Shown: positions 1 to 12,790 of the stretch, one piece after another
Layout of the letters: each line of letters starts with the position of its first letter
How positions within the stretch are numbered: position 1 is the stretch's first letter
Assembly: GCA_964016885.1 (NCBI GenBank)
Contig: OZ024749.1
Location: 40,920,001 to 40,984,000 of the forward strand
Direction of reading: 5' to 3'
From: Eledone cirrhosa
Taxonomy: Eukaryota
DNA: 64,000 nucleotides
Program-made: the position numbers and the translations under genes
Notes under the pieces: generated by a model
The model's input: the letters and a program-made list of their open reading frames with translations, nothing else
Told to the model about the DNA's origin: nothing
The model's database searches: none

Positions 1-216
1 GTGTGTACATTTTCGTGTTACAATATCAGTAATACGTACTGAGTGATCACCATGAGAGGAAGCCATTCTTGAGCTGAACAAAGACAAAATTATCATCATT
101 ATTATTATTTCTTTTAGTGTGAGAGGCTCAAAAAATTGTTTTATAGTATTTAATTACGACTTTCTATAGTTTGGTTTCAAATATATATAATGGTTATATA
201 TTATATTAAATTACAT

Positions 217-1727
217 TAACCCTTTAGCATTTAAACCAGCCATATCCAACCAGAATTCTCTTATCTCTTTCTGTTCAAACTGGCCACTCATCATCATCAT
301 CATCATCAACGTTTAACGTCCGTGTTCCACGCTTGCATGGGTTTGGACGGGGGTAGTCCCACTTGAGGCAAGAGTGATTGTCTTGCTCGCATAGGACTGT
401 CTGGCAGGTTTTCTACAGTTGGATGCCCTTCCTAACACCAACCACATTTACAGTGTGGGTCTGGGAGGTTTTTACCGTGTTGCCTACACGGCCACATTAC
501 AGCGTGGACTGTGTGTTTTTTTGTCGTGACACCTACACGATCTCATTTGTTTCGGCCTCGATGGCGCGGCACCAACATAACTTTACATAGAACGGGGTGG
601 TGTGGATCGGGTGGGGGTGGTGGGACGGGGTGTATTTGTTAGAGATGCCTACTGGCTGGAGTAGGTTTTACTATATATTTAGGTAAGGCGGGTCTTCTCT
701 GTTACTGAGTACCGCCAAAGGTCTCGGTCCAGTGACATTGTCTTGGAGAGGTGTAAGTGTGTGATGTCGGAGTTTATCAGCTCGTCCCAGGTTTTTCTAG
801 GTCTGCCTATTCCGTGACTACCGTCTATCTTTATTGCCCTGCACTTTGTTATACAGCTATCGACTTTCATGCGCATCACGTGTCCATACCAACGTAGCCT
901 TCTCTCGAGTAAACAACATCTGATCCCTCTTATCTCTAATTTATTCCTTAGTTCGTTTATGCTTTGCCGTTCACGTATATTACTGTTACACATCCAGCGG
1001 AGCATGCAAGCTTCGTTCCTCTCTAGTCTGCGTATATCCTCTGCACACAATGCCCAGGTCTCACTGCCATGCAGCATTGCTGTTCGTATGCAGGCATCGT
1101 ACAACCTGCCTTTCATTTTTAGTGAGAACCCTTTAGCAGCTAATAGTGGTATAAGCTCTCTGAACTTTTTCCAACCAGTTCTGACTCTAGCTACAGTACT
1201 TTCAGAGCACCCTCCCCCACTGCTGATTTTATCGCCCAGGTAACGGAAGCTGTCCACTATTTCTATAGAACCCTCTGCGCAATTGAAAGAGCTAGTAGTT
1301 TGTGGGCACTTGCTGCTACTTATTGCACCAGAGCACCGGCCACATGTAAAATCTATGTTCTTAGTTAGCCTACCTGTGATCCCACTACATCTTTTATGCA
1401 CCCATACTTTGCATTTAGGACATAAAATGGAGTTTCTACCTACGCCTTTCCTACACACCGAGCACGACCATTTCCCAGAAGGGACCGCCGCCTTGTTTTC
1501 TTTCCTACAAACTAGTACTTTGGTCTTAGCCAGGTTAATTTTAAGTCCTTTTGACTCTAGGCCGTGCTTCCATGTTTGGAATTTCTTCTCTAGCTCGGCC
1601 ATTGTTAAGGTATTGTTCTCAAAATATATAATACCAAAATCTCATGGATTCAATATTATGCGAGGTAAATCCTTTACCATGAAAATACAATAGTAAATAT
1701 AGATTAATGTAAATGGTAAAGGATTAA
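217..1727. mobile_element. piggyBac-type MITE (TTAA-ccctttagcattta..) split by the RTE LINE; halves 217-291 and 1603-1727
   Basis: The two halves join to give the ~210-bp element seen intact at 32978-33185. Confidence 0.8.
289..1602 (-). mobile_element. 5'-truncated RTE-clade LINE (intact 307-aa ORF2 C-terminal part plus 3' UTR and (GAT)n tail) in an AMBRA1 intron
   Basis: ORF 1602-679 with GLKIN..KTK, FRYLG, LHGSETW, RRLRWYGHVMRM, GRPRKTW and DRDLWR motifs; tail ..ggacgttaaacgttgatgatgat. Confidence 0.93.
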
Positions 1728-1753
1728 GTTTATGGAGAAAGAGAGATTCTTAC

Positions 1754-1812
1754 CCATCAGGACTGAAGTCCATGAGAAATGTGGCTCGGCAGTGACCAGA
1801 GAGTTCACATGG
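1754..1812 (-). CDS. AMBRA1: AMBRA1 orthologue, second coding exon (PCELSGHCRATFLMDFSPDG), start of WD40 region; gene continues beyond window start
   Basis: Acceptor ttttcttgttttacag, donor GG|gtaaga, phase 0 start. The peptide matches human AMBRA1 VELPDSPRSTFLLAFSPD. Confidence 0.88.
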
Positions 1813-2411
1813 CTGTAAAACAAGAAAATATTTGTCAATGAATTTATCAAAACATACAAACTTGTTTCCAATACACTTCTCTACCTCTCTACACCACTAC
1901 CTACAAACAGATCAACAGGAAAGGGGGGGGGGGAGACTCTATACCAGTATGTGAAAGCATACTGGTATAGAGCCTTCACTTGTTGCTCTCGTTAGTTATC
2001 TCCTCTGTGAGTTTTAGCATTTCTATATTACCTCTCACCACTTTTGTTACATTTCTAATGAAACATACTGCCTATAGTTTTCATATCATTTTGAGGGATT
2101 TAATATAAATAGCTTTCTTAATATTAACCTGGTTTTTTTAACATTACTCGACAAAAGTTCTTACATAAAATTATAATAGAAAGGTTCGACCTTAGAATGA
2201 ACAGCTTTGCTTCACAGAACCAGGGGTAGCTTCAGGTAGTTTGGTATCAAGAGGGTTAAGCTGGTGTTTGGAACATAACTTTACAAAGGTTCTTACATAA
2301 AATTATGATGGGAAGTTTCTAGATAAATATAAACATTTTCCAAACAAATCGTTTCGTTTTGTAGAAAAAAAGTAAAAACAAACTAACAAAAAACTAATTT
2401 TGAGAAATTAC

Positions 2412-2531
2412 CTCATTAGCATGTGGTGTGGTAGCTTTGTATTCAAGAAGGCGTTCCACAGATTTAATGTAAGACTGTACATCCTTCTGGCCAACTTGCC
2501 TTCGGAACACAAAATCTGTAATGTTTTTCAT
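2412..2531 (-). CDS. AMBRA1: AMBRA1 orthologue, first coding exon (MKNITDFVFRRQVGQKDVQSYIKSVERLLEYKATTPHANE)
   Basis: ATG at 2531, 120-nt open frame, GAG|gtaatt donor (phase 0). The exon starts at 2567 after the polypyrimidine acceptor ttttttctttctcttctgcttttag. It resembles the AMBRA1 N-terminus (KNAVRILWGRERG..QRLLQELVEDK) and splices in frame to the next exon. Confidence 0.85.
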
Positions 2532-3221
2532 GTTTTAACAGTTAGCACAATGACCAAGCGGTCAGCCCTAAAAGCAGAAGAGAAAGAAAAAATATAAAAA
2601 TTAAACAAACTCAAACCATTGTACATCTGAGATGACATGAGGTCTTCAAATGATAAAGTTTTGGGGTAGTAAATGTCGAAGTTGTGTGAAGGTAGGAGAG
2701 AAACGAATTGAACATACTCCACTGAATGTGTATGAACAAGGAAGCATGGATGAGATGAACATAACTAGAATCAGATGGAAGTGAGATAAATATAAACACT
2801 TTAAGATAAACAAGTTTTGTATCATAAAACCAGAAGGAGTTTCAAATGGTTCCATATCATAAGAGTTAATTTAGTGTCATACCACTGTAGAAACCATGCC
2901 CAAAATTTTTAAAAAAAAGGAGGTTGAGACAATTCTCCAGTTTTGTGAGGGGCATAACAAACTCTAGTGTTGGTGAGCTACACAAACAAACTCAGTACAC
3001 TCTGCAGAGTTGTTGGTGATATGAAAGGCATCCAGCTGTAAAAAACCTGTCAAACAAAGTTGTCAAGAGAACTCTTCATCAGAAAATTTGTGTTGGTGAT
3101 TTACACGATAAACACACTCAGTATGTCATGTAAAATGGTTGGTGATAAGAATGGTGGTGCCAAACAAAGTCAGGAGGACTCTTCAGCTATACCAAAGACA
3201 TGACAACCTCCCCAGTGTTGC

Positions 3222-3252
<31 letters not shown>

Positions 3253-6200
3253 CGTTACGGTTTGATTTGGAGGAAGATTTGGCTTCTATTTCTATCAGGT
3301 CAAACAATCGTTGGTTTATCAAAGCTTAATGTTTATATGTATGTATATATAAAGAAATGTATATGTGTATAATACATACAGATGAGAGATAATTCATATA
3401 TACATTAGCTAACATTTTGACGTCCATGCTTGTTCCAAGTAGGGTAAGAAATAAAAGCTGAAGGTATAAAGCTCATGACGTATATAGTTAACGAAATTTA
3501 AGTTATATTGCTATCCATATTAATCGTAGTATATGTAATGTAGTTAATGTATAAAAGCTATATTTAAAGTTGCGAAGTTATAATGTATATATATATATGC
3601 ATGTATGTGTGTCTGTTCGACCTCCGACTAACTACGAGTGTTCCAATTGTTTGATCAATGGAACCACCTGCTGACGAAATTAACGTTCAGGTAGGTGGCT
3701 GAGCATTCTACAGACACATGCACCCATAACATAATTCTCAGGGAAATTAAGCGTGACACAATATTTTCTTTTTTTCCCCAAACTGAGTGAACTGGAGCAA
3801 CGTCAAATGTCTTGCTCAAGGAATTAAACGCGCCACCAAGAATCTACGACGATACGATCGTGAATCGAACACCATGCAATATTTAATATCATAGTTAGAG
3901 TGTTAAACATATATAATGTAGTGAACATCAATCATTTCCTTAGAAATCATTATGCGGTGAGGAAAAGACAAACGATAGCTCAAGTGTACATAAAGTGGAA
4001 GAAACTACTATGGAAGATATTTAGCTGGTATGTCGTCATCGTTGTGGTTTTATTGTAGTGTTTCTCCTCTGAAGTGTATTATGAAGATTATGATCAGGTT
4101 TATTTATACACTGTAAGCACAAGATGGGTGTGTCTTGCAGTGCAGTGTGTCTAACAGACCACAATCAGCATTATATGCTATATATATATAAACAACTGCT
4201 TTTGACATCAATTTCACGGGCACGTTCGCCAGAATTTAAAGATGGTTTAACACTTTAGTTACCATTTTTCTCACGAAAGACACTGCTTGTGATTTTCAAA
4301 TCATATTGAAAATAATCAAGAACCTGGAAGCATTTGAGAAATATAGCCAACTTTCTCATTAATAAACTGGTGTTTAGAACGTAAAATTTTGATGGTAGGT
4401 TTTTAAATAAATATAATCACTTTCGTTACCAAATCATTTCCTCAGGAAAGTCACTGCTTGTGATTTTACAAATAATTTTGAAAACAATCAAAAATATCGA
4501 AAGATTTAGTAATATAATTGTGTCGTTATTAATCTGATGTTTGGTATATAAGTTAAACAAAGGTTCTTACATAAAATTAAGATGGAAAGGATTTTAGATA
4601 TATGCAAACACTTAAAAAAGATTTCCGTATTGAACAAAAATATATCAACTAAAATAACCGTGCACTAAATAATCTCTCAGATCAAACACAGACACACACA
4701 TACTCGTCAGAAAAATATTTTAGAAAGGAAAGAAAATGGTTGATGGAAGATTTCTTTAAAGTGGACAAAAAAATATAATTTTCCGGATATTTTTGTGAGA
4801 AAATAAAATTAGAGTTGATCGTTTGGAAGATTCTTATCTAATTGGAAGGTTCTTATCTAATTCTATAACCCCAAGAGGGGTGGAATAAACAAAATACTAA
4901 TACGAAATCCATCGGGATTTTTAACGGAAGGTACTAAGCTATAATTACACGATACAGCATCCGCCCTGATTTCTCTGTTTTCCACAACAACCTCTGTCGA
5001 CCTAAAAATATTTCTGACAAAAGGCAATATTTTTTCTCCGTCTTACTATAATAAGAAATCAACTATCGATCTTTTAGTCTTTATTTTCTCTACTTCATTT
5101 CTCTAAGTGGATAGATAAATAGACAAATAGATAGATAAATAAATAAATGGATGGATATATAGACAGATAGTTAGGTAGATAGATGGACAGATAGATAGAT
5201 AGATGGACAGATAGATAGATAGTTAGGTAGATACATAGATGGACAGAGATAGATAAATGAATGGATAGATAGATGGATAGTTAGATAAATAAATAGATAT
5301 ACAAATATATAGATAAAAAGATAGATAGACAGGTGGACGGATAGATAGAGAGAAACAGGTAGGCGCTTTCTCTTTTTTCTCATTATAACTCTCCTAAATA
5401 TTCAGCAAATTGCTTACACACTTTTATATATATATAATCAAAGAGAGCGAAGAGATATATTTATAAAACTCAAAAATAGTAAATTCTGCATGGAAACATC
5501 AAGAAGATACAAGGAAATGTGGAGTGAATCAAAATGGAGTGGTTGTTCTAAGCAATATTTAAATATATATTTATATCTAAACCAACTACTTCCATTATCG
5601 CCGTCAGGTGATGATTTTTCACATAAGCACAAAAACCGGAATAAAATTTGTAAGGTGTGTGTGTGTGTGTATATAATCGATATAATTGGACCAGTGCATG
5701 ACAGGTAACTAGATAATTTTATATCGATCACCAACACAACAGAAGGAGTTAAGTCCACATCCCTTTCCCACCTGGTGATATAATATATATATGTAGTTGA
5801 CGGCTGAGAGAAACGAGTATTCAATGCCGAAGTAGAGTTTGACCCCCTGATAACCATGCGAAACTCCAGAGTAACAAGACTCACTATTTAGCCTATATAT
5901 ATATATATGAGTGTAATATATAGGCCACACGATAACACGGAGTTCTAGTGTTTATTAATTGCCTTCCTTCCGGATAATCAATCTGTCACATAAAAAAAAC
6001 AACAACTATAGTATATTACTGGTATGCAAGCGGCTAACTAATCACGTAGTACTTATTACACCCAGTACGTTATAATGATTTCTAATTTAAGCACAAGTCC
6101 AGCAATTTGGGGACAGGGGGAAGACGGTTAGATTGACCCCAGTACTTTATATTATCGACCTTGGACGGATGAAAGGTAAAGTTGACTCTGGCGGGATTTG

Positions 6201-7817
6201 AACTCAGAACGAAAAGAGCCGAAATTACCCAAAATTATTTTGTCCGACGCTCTAACGATTTTTCCAATAACGGTGAATGTTTTGACTAAAGAACACGGCA
6301 TGATTTTATATGAGAGTAAGTAGTAAATACAATTGATGGAATAAACTAGCTTCTTTTTCTTCTACCATTTATTTCCATCTCGTCTTCACCGTTCTTTGTT
6401 ATTGATTAAACCGAAATTCCTAATTATTTTTCTAGGTCTAGATATATTTCATGTATAAAACAAAAGAAAGTTAGAGCCGGAGAAAATAAGTGAGAATTTG
6501 TGGTGTTCATGCCGTTACTACAGACATGAACAAGTGTAAACAAAGTGGTCTGGCTTTGCCGCAAAACCTCATTTACAATGATCGCCACAATAATTGCTAA
6601 TTACAGAATTCATTAAAATATCCATTACTCACTCCGCTTCTAATGAGAAGTATACTGTAGCTAAACCCGCTAGAAATAGCAGCCAATTCCACTTAAATCC
6701 CACCCTACTATTGTCTTTTAAAAAATTAAAAGATGGTATCTAGGACATAAATTGGATACTGTAGTTTTTAGGTACATGATGTTTGATGGGATAGTTACGG
6801 TTTGGAAATCTTTTGATCAGAGGTCTGCTGTAGGCTAAAACAACAACCACCACCACCACCACAACCAAGCAAATCAAACGGCCTCATTTAAAATGGAACC
6901 ACGACTAAAATATTTCGCAAAGTAAAATATAAAATATTAATATTGGTACATTAAACCGAAGATTATTATTCTTCACAACAAAAAAATCCGAAACAAAATG
7001 GGGTAGACGTGTCATTAAAGCACCATTTCAACTGGGGAACTTAAATATCTAGCTTAATTAGAATAAGCAGACATTAAATGTTTAAATAATTCTTGGGGGA
7101 AAAAAGCTCCATTCGCTTTGCTTATTATGCCGTTTCTATAAAATAATTATAGCCTTCTTTCCAAACAGAATAATCTCATTTAACTATTTACAACAATCTC
7201 CATTCTAAAATTTAATATACTTTTACGATCGTTCTCATTTTTTCTAAAAGAACCAGATTCGTTTAGAAATATTGTTCTTGGCTTATATATATATAATATA
7301 TATATACTATCGTGATCAAACGTAGGATGTTCGACGACCCCTCCCACAAAGATTTAACAACTGGGGAGAACAATCTGAGGTGGTGATGGCGGTGGACCTA
7401 AAGGCGCAACACAAAAGGATTATATATTTCTAAAAATGCGAATACACACACACATATATATATATACATTATATATATATATATATATACACACATTTAC
7501 AACCTCACTACATGATCCCAGTTCAAAGCACTTGCCTAACAAGTGCATCCTAAGGGTTAAAATGTACATTACATACATGCACATATATATGCTTTGTTGT
7601 ATATGCAGTTATTGGTTTTAGTTCCAATATACACGACCTTTATAAATTACTCGGTTATCAAACGAGTGTAACTCGGGTATTTATATATAATATATGTGTA
7701 CATACATGTATATTATACTATACATAAATATCTTATTGAAGTCTTCCCCGTCTTAGAAAGCTTCCCTTAAATTTACTATAGTGACGAGAAGGGTGTGTGA
7801 TATGGTGCGTACATAAT

Positions 7818-7849
<32 letters not shown>

Positions 7850-8365
7850 TTATTAATCTAATTTACAAACATGAGCAAAACAGGGCATCAATATGGACAG
7901 TAAGATATAGTTCGGATGGGTGGGGACAAAAAGAAAGAAAAAAAAACGTGAGAAAAAATAAAGGTGGCGGGGTTGGAAGGGCCTTGGGTAGATATTTAAA
8001 TAAACCACATACTCAACTATTTATGTGCCAACATTGAATGGAGTGGCTAAGGTGAAGGAGCGTGTAAAAACCATTACTAAACAAGGAATGTCACCAGATG
8101 GCTGCCAGGAACGAGGCTGTGTGTGTGAGTGTGTGAGAGAGAGAAAAATGATTTTGGTCAGCCACAGCGAAAAATAAATGTCTTGCTTGTCTGTTTTCTA
8201 TAATAGAATCTGGATGGATGGATTGATGTTCAATTGAATTTCTCTCTCTATCTCTCTCTTTTTTTTTTTTTTTTTTTAGTCTTTAAAGGAAATTAAGGCG
8301 ATTTGTAATAAATATATAAATAGATAGAAGTGTGTATGTGTATATAGATATATACATGTATGTAC

Positions 8366-8525
8366 CTGTAAGAGAATTAGAGGGAGTGGAGAGAGGGTGA
8401 GGCAGTTTGTCCATGAGTTTAGGAAACCGCCATGCCGTTAATAATAACAACAACAAGAATAACGATAAACAGGAAATGAAGAGTTTGCTGACCGGGTTGT
8501 CGAAAAGCGAGCCAGACGATTGGTT
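8366..8525 (-). promoter_or_regulatory. Candidate promoter / non-coding first exon for AMBRA1
   Basis: Minus-strand CCAAT (8523-8519), YY1-like CATGGCGG (8434-8427) and CAG|gtacat donor at 8365, in unique CpG-containing sequence. The AMBRA1 ATG exon has an acceptor, so an upstream exon is needed. Confidence 0.3.
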
Positions 8526-8634
8526 GAAATATTAGTAATGAGGACTTTCTTTATATATATAGATATATATTTATATTTATATTGTGTGTGTAAATATATG
8601 TCTCCATTTATTTCTTTTCGAATATACACATCTA

Positions 8635-8701
<67 letters not shown>

Positions 8702-10900
8702 TGTGTGTGTGTGCGGGTCTGTGTGTATATTTCTGTCTCTCTCTATAATTAATTCTATGCTTATCGTGTATGTATGTATGAATGAGTGGGTGTAGTGCAC
8801 GTTGTTATTACACTTGTTGGTAACAAGAGTCTCGACTTCACCCATTCACTGAGTCGTCCCTCTAGCTGTCCCATGGTTTTGCTCTCCTAGAAATAGCAGC
8901 CAAATCATATCCGAACCGTCATAAATACATGGACATATTAGTTAATGTAGTCCTTGATATACATGCAACCGAATGGTCATGGTAATTACACCGTTGGTCA
9001 AAGCTGACCGGGTCTTTACAAATTAACCATTAATTAACGTCTACTTTCGATGTGTCCTAAAAACTCAATCCTTCTGTTAGGAAAACACCACTAAAATATA
9101 TTATTTTATTCGGATCATCGATCAAAGTATATGCATAGACAACATACATTCACAAATACACATATATTTATGTTTGATACTAAATTCCTTGAGTCAGTCT
9201 TCAGATTATGATATATATTATTACACCTATATATTAATAATGGGGCTTGAACGAGCTTTTTCACCATTTATATTTCTTCCGCTCATCCTTGTTAAAACTT
9301 GTTAGAAGAATAAAATGCCTTAACCTTTTCATCTTAGCTGTTCACGGTATAGAGTTATGGCCCTTTACGTTCTGAGTTCAAATCCCGCCGAGGTTAACTT
9401 TACCTTTCATCCTTACGGGGTCGATAAAATAAAGTACCAGTAATGCACTGGGTAATTGGTGGCCTTGTTCCAAAAGTAGAAACAATTATATAAAGTAACG
9501 TCAGCCATCTTATTTCTTGCCTTAACAACTAGCATGGATCATGTCTCCATGACCTATGCTTGAATAGGCTTTGAAACCCTAGGTAGCAAGCAACTGTGTT
9601 GAGAAATTATTATTATTAATATATATATATATATTTCCATGTGGTGTTGACGGTCGTGAGAATGAGTTCTCAATACCGAAGTAGAGTTTATTCTTATAGC
9701 TAATTGGCGAGTCTTACTCTGGAGAGCCACCTGTGTATTCACAAGATCATCAGACAACACGCTCTGTCGCAGAATATTTTTCTACATCTTCCACTCGCCT
9801 GCTTCCATCTCTTTGTCTTTCATCTTTCTCTTGCTTTCTATATTTCCCGCTCTATCTATCTCCTGTTGTTTCATTTAAACATAGCTGCCAATCGATCTTT
9901 ATACTTTGTTTATATAATGGTAACTTCCGTAACTTCCAGTGTTCACACTGACCGTCAGTACCAGATTTACCATTGTGATTGAGTGTGCTTAAACATAGGG
10001 ACCCGTGACCCATCTTGCTACCCTCCAAATTTTTTACCTCATTCAGGGCCCAAATAAAGGGTCTCAATTGTCCGGCACTGCACTAACGGATTGTAATCTT
10101 TATTCATCATGTTTTATACCGATCCAATTGAGTGACCAAAATATTGTTGAACTATCGTAGGAAGCGTGCACGTGGTTGCTTTACGTGCAAGAAATAGCAG
10201 CAAAAGCTCTTAAATAGCTCATTACCGCTCGAAATATTGAAAGGACAAGTCAGTTAAATGTTGAAGATCTAGATTATCCCCTTGCCTCAAAAGCCCTTGG
10301 TGGTAGTTCTGTTTGAACTGTCTTACCTGGAGCTAAACAACAATAACATTCCTTTACCATTGAACAATTATAAATGTGTGTACATCTACACACACACAAT
10401 ACATGTGCTGACACATACATACGAACACACTCTTTCCCAAATACACACGCACACACATACACAGAAAGCCAAACCTAAAATAGATATTGATTTTCTTCAA
10501 CAAATATGATTCATATCGATTTCCAGCTATCTACAGAATATATATGACGATGATGATGATGGTGGTGGTGATGATGATGGAGATTGTGATGGTGGAAATG
10601 ATAGTGGTAATATTAGTTGGTGGTGGTGGTGTTGTTGTTAGTGGTGGTGATGTTGGTGCTGTTGTTGTTGGTGGTGATGATGATGAAGATTGTGATGGTA
10701 GTGGTGATGATGATTGTGTTGGTGATGTTATTCTCAGTGGTGGTGGTGGTGGTGATGTTGATATTGTTTAATCCCAGGTCCACTCTTATCCAATAAACCT
10801 AAGGCCAAAGTCACTCCAGTCCTGACACTGCCAGCTTTTTTTTTTATTCAGGCTTAGTCTATCTTAACGTGAATCCTCCCCAACAATTACTACTACCACC

Positions 10901-10932
<32 letters not shown>

Positions 10933-11169
10933 CACCACTACCACCACCACCACCACCATTTCTACAATGCCAGGTGTTCCTCTTGAAATCATGAAACAAT
11001 AGCAGTCAAAGCCTAGCAGAAGACAGGAAGTTAACAATCAACAACGGAAAGGAAGGCAAACATCTGTGTAGTAGGGGTAGATGTCGGAGGTGAGATATAT
11101 CATCATCATCATCACCAATACTAATCTCACTGATAATACAACCACCACCAACAACGATCCCATTAATAT

Positions 11170-11905
11170 TTGGGTTAACTTTGCCTTTCATCCTTACGTG
11201 GTCGATAAAATAAAGTACCAGAAACACACTGGGTAATTGCTGGCCTTGTGCCAAAAGTAGAAACAAAAAAAATATTTGGATTGGCAGTATAAGCCAGACA
11301 CCATGCTTTGCAGAATAGAGTTATGGTCATTTGCGTTCTGAGTTCAAATCACGCCAAGGTTAACTTTGCCTTTCATCCTTACGGTGTCGATAAAATAAAG
11401 TACCAGTAATGCACTGAAGTCAATTTAATCGATTCCCCCCTTCAAATGGCTGGCCTTGTGCCTAAACTAGAAACAAAGAGTTACTCCCCTTTATGATCTG
11501 AGTTCAAATCCCGCCAAGGTTAACTTTGCCTTTCATCCTTACGGGGTCGATAAAATAAAGTACCAGTAATGCACGGAGTATTTGCTGGCCTTGTGCCAAA
11601 AGTAGAAACAATTATTATTATTATTGGTGAATTGGCAGTATCGGTAGAGGGTTGGACGCCATGCTTTCTAGCATAGTTACGTCCCTTTACAGTCTGAGTT
11701 CAAATCCCGCCGAGGTTAACTTTGCCTTTCATCCTTACGGGGTCGATAAAATGTACTGGGTAATTTGCTGGCCTTGTGCCTAAAGTAGAAACAATTATTA
11801 TTATTAACCCTCACGAGGTCATCGATGAAATAAAGTACCAGTAACGTACTGTGGTTGATTTAATCGACTTTCCCCCTCCCCTTGTGCTTGAATCAGAAAC
11901 TATTA
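11170..11905 (+). mobile_element. Head-to-tail stack of ~5 tRNA-derived SINE copies (Meta-SINE-like core)
   Basis: Repeated A-box tggcagtatcggtaga, B-box gagttcaaatcc, core gcctttcatccttacggggtcgataaaataaagtaccag and (ATT)n tails. Confidence 0.85.
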
Positions 11906-12039
11906 TTATCATGTCATCATCTTAACCATTGTTTTTGCTCTTGTTATCAATGCTGTCACTCCTATTTTTCAATCATGGTGGTGGTGGTCCTCATTATCAC
12001 CACCCCCACCACCACCACTATCATCATCATCATCTATGT

Positions 12040-12790
12040 CACAGGTTCTCAACCCATTTAGGCCAAACGGCCCCTTTTGTCCCTCAAAATCACGAAACGC
12101 CCCCCCCCCCCCCCCTATTTTTCCATTTTTCAATATACTACTGATTTTTATATCAGTAGATTACTAAAAAATTGATTAACAATATTCCAAAGATGTGTGT
12201 ATTATCTGATTATGTGTTGTATGTGGTCCTAGATGTGTGTATTATCTGATTATGTGTTGTATGTGGTCCTAGATGTGTGTGCTACTCGCTTCTGTTTTTT
12301 CTTTTCTTTTTTTTTATTTGTAATATTATTTATACAATAGGGAATAAAATAGATCTACATAGTGATAACTATTGTGGTTGAGTCAATAATTTCAGACATG
12401 AAATACATTGTTATTGGTGAAGGAAAGATAAGATTCTAACTGGCTGCGCTCAAAGTGTCTTTGACCCAGTTGACTGTGGGTTTTTCCATTTTTAGGATCT
12501 CAATTACCCGACACACCTGCTCACAGCTGCGGTCAGACCATAGTTATGCTGTCTGCAAGCTCATTCAAATGCATTCACACTGGCTGTCTCAAAGACATAC
12601 AAATATGGCTTATAAAACTTACCAAAATAAAGAGCCTTCCAACGCCCCTTTATCCCCCCCCCCCAGCTCCAAACGCCCCCCTAATGCGACCTTGCTCCCA
12701 GACGCCCCTCTGGAGTTCCGAAACGCCCCCCCCCAAGGGGTGCATATGCCCCCCCCCCCCCCCCCCCCCCCCCCCCGTTGAGAACCTTTG
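12040..12790. mobile_element. Non-autonomous hAT DNA transposon
   Basis: TIRs cacaggttctcaac / gttgagaacctttg, perfect 8-bp TSD atctatgt (12032-12039, 12791-12798), repeated subterminal aacgcccc motifs. Confidence 0.9.

Noticed and set aside
679-1602. Host gene or AMBRA1 exon
   Set aside because: Clear RTE ORF2 motifs, 5' truncation and repeat tail.
8413-8535. Plus-strand first coding exon ([13 protein letters not shown]..)
   Set aside because: Stops after 40 codons, weak donors, no downstream partner or recognisable homology.
9170-9210. Hammerhead on the minus strand (ctgaaga..caaac)
   Set aside because: GAAA box is mutated and helices pair poorly; at most a dead relic.
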